A DNA stretch of 64,000 bases from a virus, in the IMG/VR virus record IMGVR_UViG_3300035696_000018, positions 32,001 to 96,000 of that record; one strand, written 5' to 3'. Shown piece after piece: positions 61,103 through 64,000 of this stretch. Numbering within the stretch: position 1 is the stretch's first letter; every line of letters starts with the position of its first letter. The translations under genes and the position numbers were made by a program. Below the pieces are notes generated by a model. It was not told the DNA's origin and made no database searches. It was given only the letters and a program-made list of their open reading frames with translations.

Positions 61103-62373
61103 GTCAAATACACACGACCCTAAAGGGTCGGTGCTTGCCTCTCACTGAGAGAGACGATTGGTGATTTGACTTTCACCTGTCCATCAAGTGCGGAGCACGT
61201 AATGGAGTGTTTATTATACCGAAGTCCAATGTTGTTGGATGCGTTCAAGTCCGCATCCAAAACTTTTCCGTCAATGGCATAATACCTACATCCTTTACGC
61301 TTTCCATTGTCAAGACCCCGATAGTCAAGTTGGCTGGTGTAGTGAGGACAAACGACTTCCACTCTCTTACCGAGAGCGAGTGCCTTGTAGGTCAATATGG
61401 TTTTAAGTTGGAAAAATGGGACTTGGGATAATCGGTTGTTGAACCTTTTACCTTTGTTCTGCTTTTTGATTTTGGATAGGTCTTCCAATACCAATATGTT
61501 TGCGGAAGTTGTCAATAGGTCATTTACAATGTGATGTGTGTAGTTCTTTGAGAAATGATACTCTCTGCGTTTCAACTTTTTGAGTTTAGTTCGGGCAGAG
61601 TGTGAAAGTTTGCCTTGAAGTTTGCGTTTGTTCCAACGTATCTTTCGCTTATGCTTATTGAAATCATTGCCTTTGACGATGTTTCCTTCACTCGTGGCGA
61701 TAAGACGTTTGAGACCTAAATCTATACCAATGGTCTTAGTTCCTTTGAGTGGTTTGGTGGTGTCATCAAAGACAACCGATAGGAATACATTATCGTCTCT
61801 CACAAAGAGCGATGGGTCTTGGAGCGGGAACTTGTCAAATAGTTCATTGACCTTTTGATACTTGGAGAGTTTAGCAGTGATGCGTCCATCCATCGTAGTG
61901 AGTTTGATGGCGTCCTGTCCAATCCAAGTATAGATACGTTTATCAAGTTGGATGTTGAGGCGATTGGTTTTGACAGGTTCCTCAATCTTGTGATGATTAG
62001 CACGAATGGTCTTGTATTTGGAGATTACGTCCTGCTCTGCCTTGATTACGAACTGACTTGGAAGGGCGGGGAACTGCTTACGAACCAAGTCGTAGGAGCG
62101 TTGATGTAGTGGCATAATGCCATTACAGGTCTTCATTCCAAAGCGAATGGTGGATATAACGTTGAATACCTCCCGCTTCAAGGCGAGGGAGTTGATGAGG
62201 GACTGCTTATCCCCATCTTTCTCAAAAATCAACTTTATATTGTATGTTTTCATCTACTGACTAATATATATAGTGAGAAAGAAGAAATGTCAAAGAAAAA
62301 GTTATTATATTTTGATATGGCGTCGGTTCCTCCCCTACCCTAAAGGGATAGGGGTTTCCCCGCCGCACTGACT
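61103..62373 (-). mobile_element. non-autonomous IS200/IS605-family (IS1341-like) element, tnpB only
   Basis: Subterminal hairpins with a CCCTAAAGGG core at both ends; right end ...TTTGAC; TTCAT at the left junction; no target duplication; no tnpA. Confidence 0.85.
61120..62253 (-). CDS. tnpB: RNA-guided endonuclease TnpB
   Basis: GIDLG, LVLEDL, YTSQ, DADLNASNNI (RuvC D-E-D intact). Confidence 0.9.
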   Translation of the reverse strand: MKTYNIKLIFEKDGDKQSLINSLALKREVFNVISTIRFGMKTCNGIMPLHQRSYDLVRKQFPALPSQFVIKAEQDVISKYKTIRANHHKIEEPVKTNRLNIQLDKRIYTWIGQDAIKLTTMDGRITAKLSKYQKVNELFDKFPLQDPSLFVRDDNVFLSVVFDDTTKPLKGTKTIGIDLGLKRLIATSEGNIVKGNDFNKHKRKIRWNKRKLQGKLSHSARTKLKKLKRREYHFSKNYTHHIVNDLLTTSANILVLEDLSKIKKQNKGKRFNNRLSQVPFFQLKTILTYKALALGKRVEVVCPHYTSQLDYRGLDNGKRKGCRYYAIDGKVLDADLNASNNIGLRYNKHSITCSALDGQVKVKSPIVSLSERQAPTL

Positions 62374-62572
62374 ATGAAATCAACAATGCTCCCATCGGCA
62401 CGAAGTTTCTGTTCCTCTACAAGCTGTTCAAGGAATCCGTCCGCTTCAAGTGGCACGACGAGATTTACCAAACTGACGGAAGCCCCGTCGAAATAACAAA
62501 CGTCGAGTATCTCGAACTTCTCGAAAAACTTCTCAAGCAGTTTGCCGAAAATGATGGGAAATTGAAGCCTAA

Positions 62573-63088
62573 ATGAGTGAGCACGTCAACATCGAGAACG
62601 ACGAGATAACTGTCCCCTGGTATGCCATTCATGCTGACGGCAAGATATGCGGCTTCTTCGGTCCATTTCGTTTTCTGAGCAATTTCTACATGTTGGAGGA
62701 TGGCGGTGTTTCTTTGGACGACGTTTACTATCCCTCGGTGGAACACGCTTATCAAGCTGCCAAATGGCCTCGCAATTTGAGAGAGCAGTTCTTGGACATT
62801 ACTCCTGGGAGAGCCAAGAAGCTTGGCAAAGAGGCTCCCAACTTCAATCAGAAGAAATGGGATAAAGCAAAAGTTTCGGTCATGTCCGCTCTATGCGGGC
62901 AGAAGTTTTGGAACAACTACAAAATGAAGCAAATGCTTCTGATGACCGAGGATGCTCACCTTGAGGAAAGGAACTCTTGGGGAGATACATTTTGGGGAGT
63001 GGATGTCAACGGAGTCGGGGAAAATAACCTCGGGAAAATTCTGATGCATATCCGCCACGACATAGCAACCAATCGAGAAACATTCTGA
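62573..63088 (+). CDS. NADAR family hydrolase
   Basis: FLSNFY, YPSVEHAYQAAK, AKKLG, KF, WGDTFWG..GENNLGKILM.IR. Confidence 0.9.
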   Translation: MSEHVNIENDEITVPWYAIHADGKICGFFGPFRFLSNFYMLEDGGVSLDDVYYPSVEHAYQAAKWPRNLREQFLDITPGRAKKLGKEAPNFNQKKWDKAKVSVMSALCGQKFWNNYKMKQMLLMTEDAHLEERNSWGDTFWGVDVNGVGENNLGKILMHIRHDIATNRETF

Positions 63089-63669
63089 TGAAACAATCAC
63101 TGGAAATCACACTTGCCAAGCCTGACGTAACGGATAGGAACCTCTTTTTCTGCAAGACGGTCACGCCCGAAACAATCGAAGACATCACCAAAGGAATCGT
63201 CAAAATCTGTGAAGAGGATACCCAAAATGAAAAGGTATATGCATTCCACGGATTTCCTTACAAACGACTTCCCATCAAAATCTACATTGATTCCTACGGC
63301 GGAATGGTCTATCAGATGTTCGGTCTAATGTCAGTCATCGAAAAGAGTCCGACGCCTGTCCATACCATCGTCACGGGTGCCGCCATGAGTGCGGGATTCA
63401 TGATTCTTATCTCGGGACACAGACGGTTTGCCTACGAGAATTCGACCCCAATGTATCACCAAGTCAGCGACTTGGCGTGGGGGAAAATAAACGAGTTGGA
63501 GAAACAAGTCATCGAGGGGAAACGTTTGCAGAAGATGATTGAGGACCATGTTCTGCGAAAGACAAGAATCACCAAGATGAAACTCGAAGAGATTTACAAG
63601 AGCCAAACGGATTGGTACATGACCGCCCGTGAAGCCAAGAAGATGGGTGTGGTGGACGAAATCATATGA
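63088..63669 (+). CDS. ClpP-like protease
   Basis: IYIDSYGG, G.AMSAG (Ser), MYHQ (His), DWYMTAREA..G.VDEII (Asp). Confidence 0.85.
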   Translation: MKQSLEITLAKPDVTDRNLFFCKTVTPETIEDITKGIVKICEEDTQNEKVYAFHGFPYKRLPIKIYIDSYGGMVYQMFGLMSVIEKSPTPVHTIVTGAAMSAGFMILISGHRRFAYENSTPMYHQVSDLAWGKINELEKQVIEGKRLQKMIEDHVLRKTRITKMKLEEIYKSQTDWYMTAREAKKMGVVDEII

Positions 63670-64000
63670 AGCTACAAGTCAGAAGCAAATGTCGAGCACC
63701 GGGGGTTCCTAAGTGGGTTCCTCCCGAGAAAATCATGCGAAAATACCGCAAGAATGCGGTGGACCCGAAGAAGATTCCATTCGTCAAATTCATGATTGTC
63801 GTCCCGACAGAAGACGACAAACGTCAACTTCAAGCGGGGTTTGAGTTCATTCATGATGGACCATTATTGGATGATAACGATTTCATTGTCCTTAATCAAA
63901 TCGCCCATTCCTATTTGGACCCCGAACGAGAATTGGGGTGTATGACCCCCATCGTAGTAAACCCAGAACTATACCAAACACTCTATGCCAAAGCAAATAA
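63666..64000 (+). CDS. hypothetical protein, 3'-truncated by window edge
   Basis: ATGA overlap with the ClpP stop; frame open to the window end (MKLQVRSKC...). Confidence 0.5.
   Translation, partial: MKLQVRSKCRAPGVPKWVPPEKIMRKYRKNAVDPKKIPFVKFMIVVPTEDDKRQLQAGFEFIHDGPLLDDNDFIVLNQIAHSYLDPERELGCMTPIVVNPELYQTLYAKAN

Larger units (their letters stand above)
60991..62576 (+). pseudogene. 104-aa hypothetical gene split by the IS element (60991-61102 + 62374-62576)
   Basis: Removing 61103-62373 restores the frame: ...EEWEETV-N-EINNAPIGTKF...KLKPK*, with ATGA overlaps to both neighbours. Confidence 0.75.

Noticed and set aside
61103-62373. IStron or Cas12f/CRISPR system
   Set aside because: The element is antisense to the host gene and almost fully occupied by tnpB; no repeat-spacer array or cas genes were seen in the window.
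1-64000. Alternative genetic code
   Set aside because: Long genes are intact under the standard code, and TAA, TAG and TGA all occur at sensible gene ends.

Overview
A 64-kb segment of a large T4-like (myovirus, probably jumbo) bacteriophage genome in the standard genetic code. Almost all genes are on the + strand. Left to right: the 3' part of a tail-fibre-like gene, a NUMOD3 homing endonuclease, and a gp55-like sigma factor. Next is a ~25-kb baseplate/tail module (gp5-, gp25-, gp6-, gp7-like; PKD, FN3, InlB B-repeat, FG-GAP and metallophosphoesterase proteins). A recombination/replication block follows (RuvC, primase, fused Mre11-Rad50), then terminase, an intein-containing portal, putative head proteins and the prohead protease. 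The window ends in an accessory block (GMP reductase, nucleotidyltransferase, ADP-ribosylglycohydrolase, NADAR, ClpP) interrupted by a TnpB-only IS200/IS605 element. Main observations: (1) consecutive FN3 proteins appear to be chained by C-terminal donor beta-strands; (2) a homing-endonuclease/EndoVII/methylase cassette has inserted at the Rad50 H-loop, supplying a new 3' end and leaving the old one stranded downstream; (3) a Tat-signal peptide is fused to a major-capsid-protein fragment; (4) a recurring TATTTATA motif is a likely late promoter giving near-leaderless transcripts; (5) the TnpB insertion can be reconstructed exactly, with TAM TTCAT; (6) virion proteins are strongly enriched in [ST]-[GAS]-S. 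All annotations come from motif recognition by eye; no searches were run.
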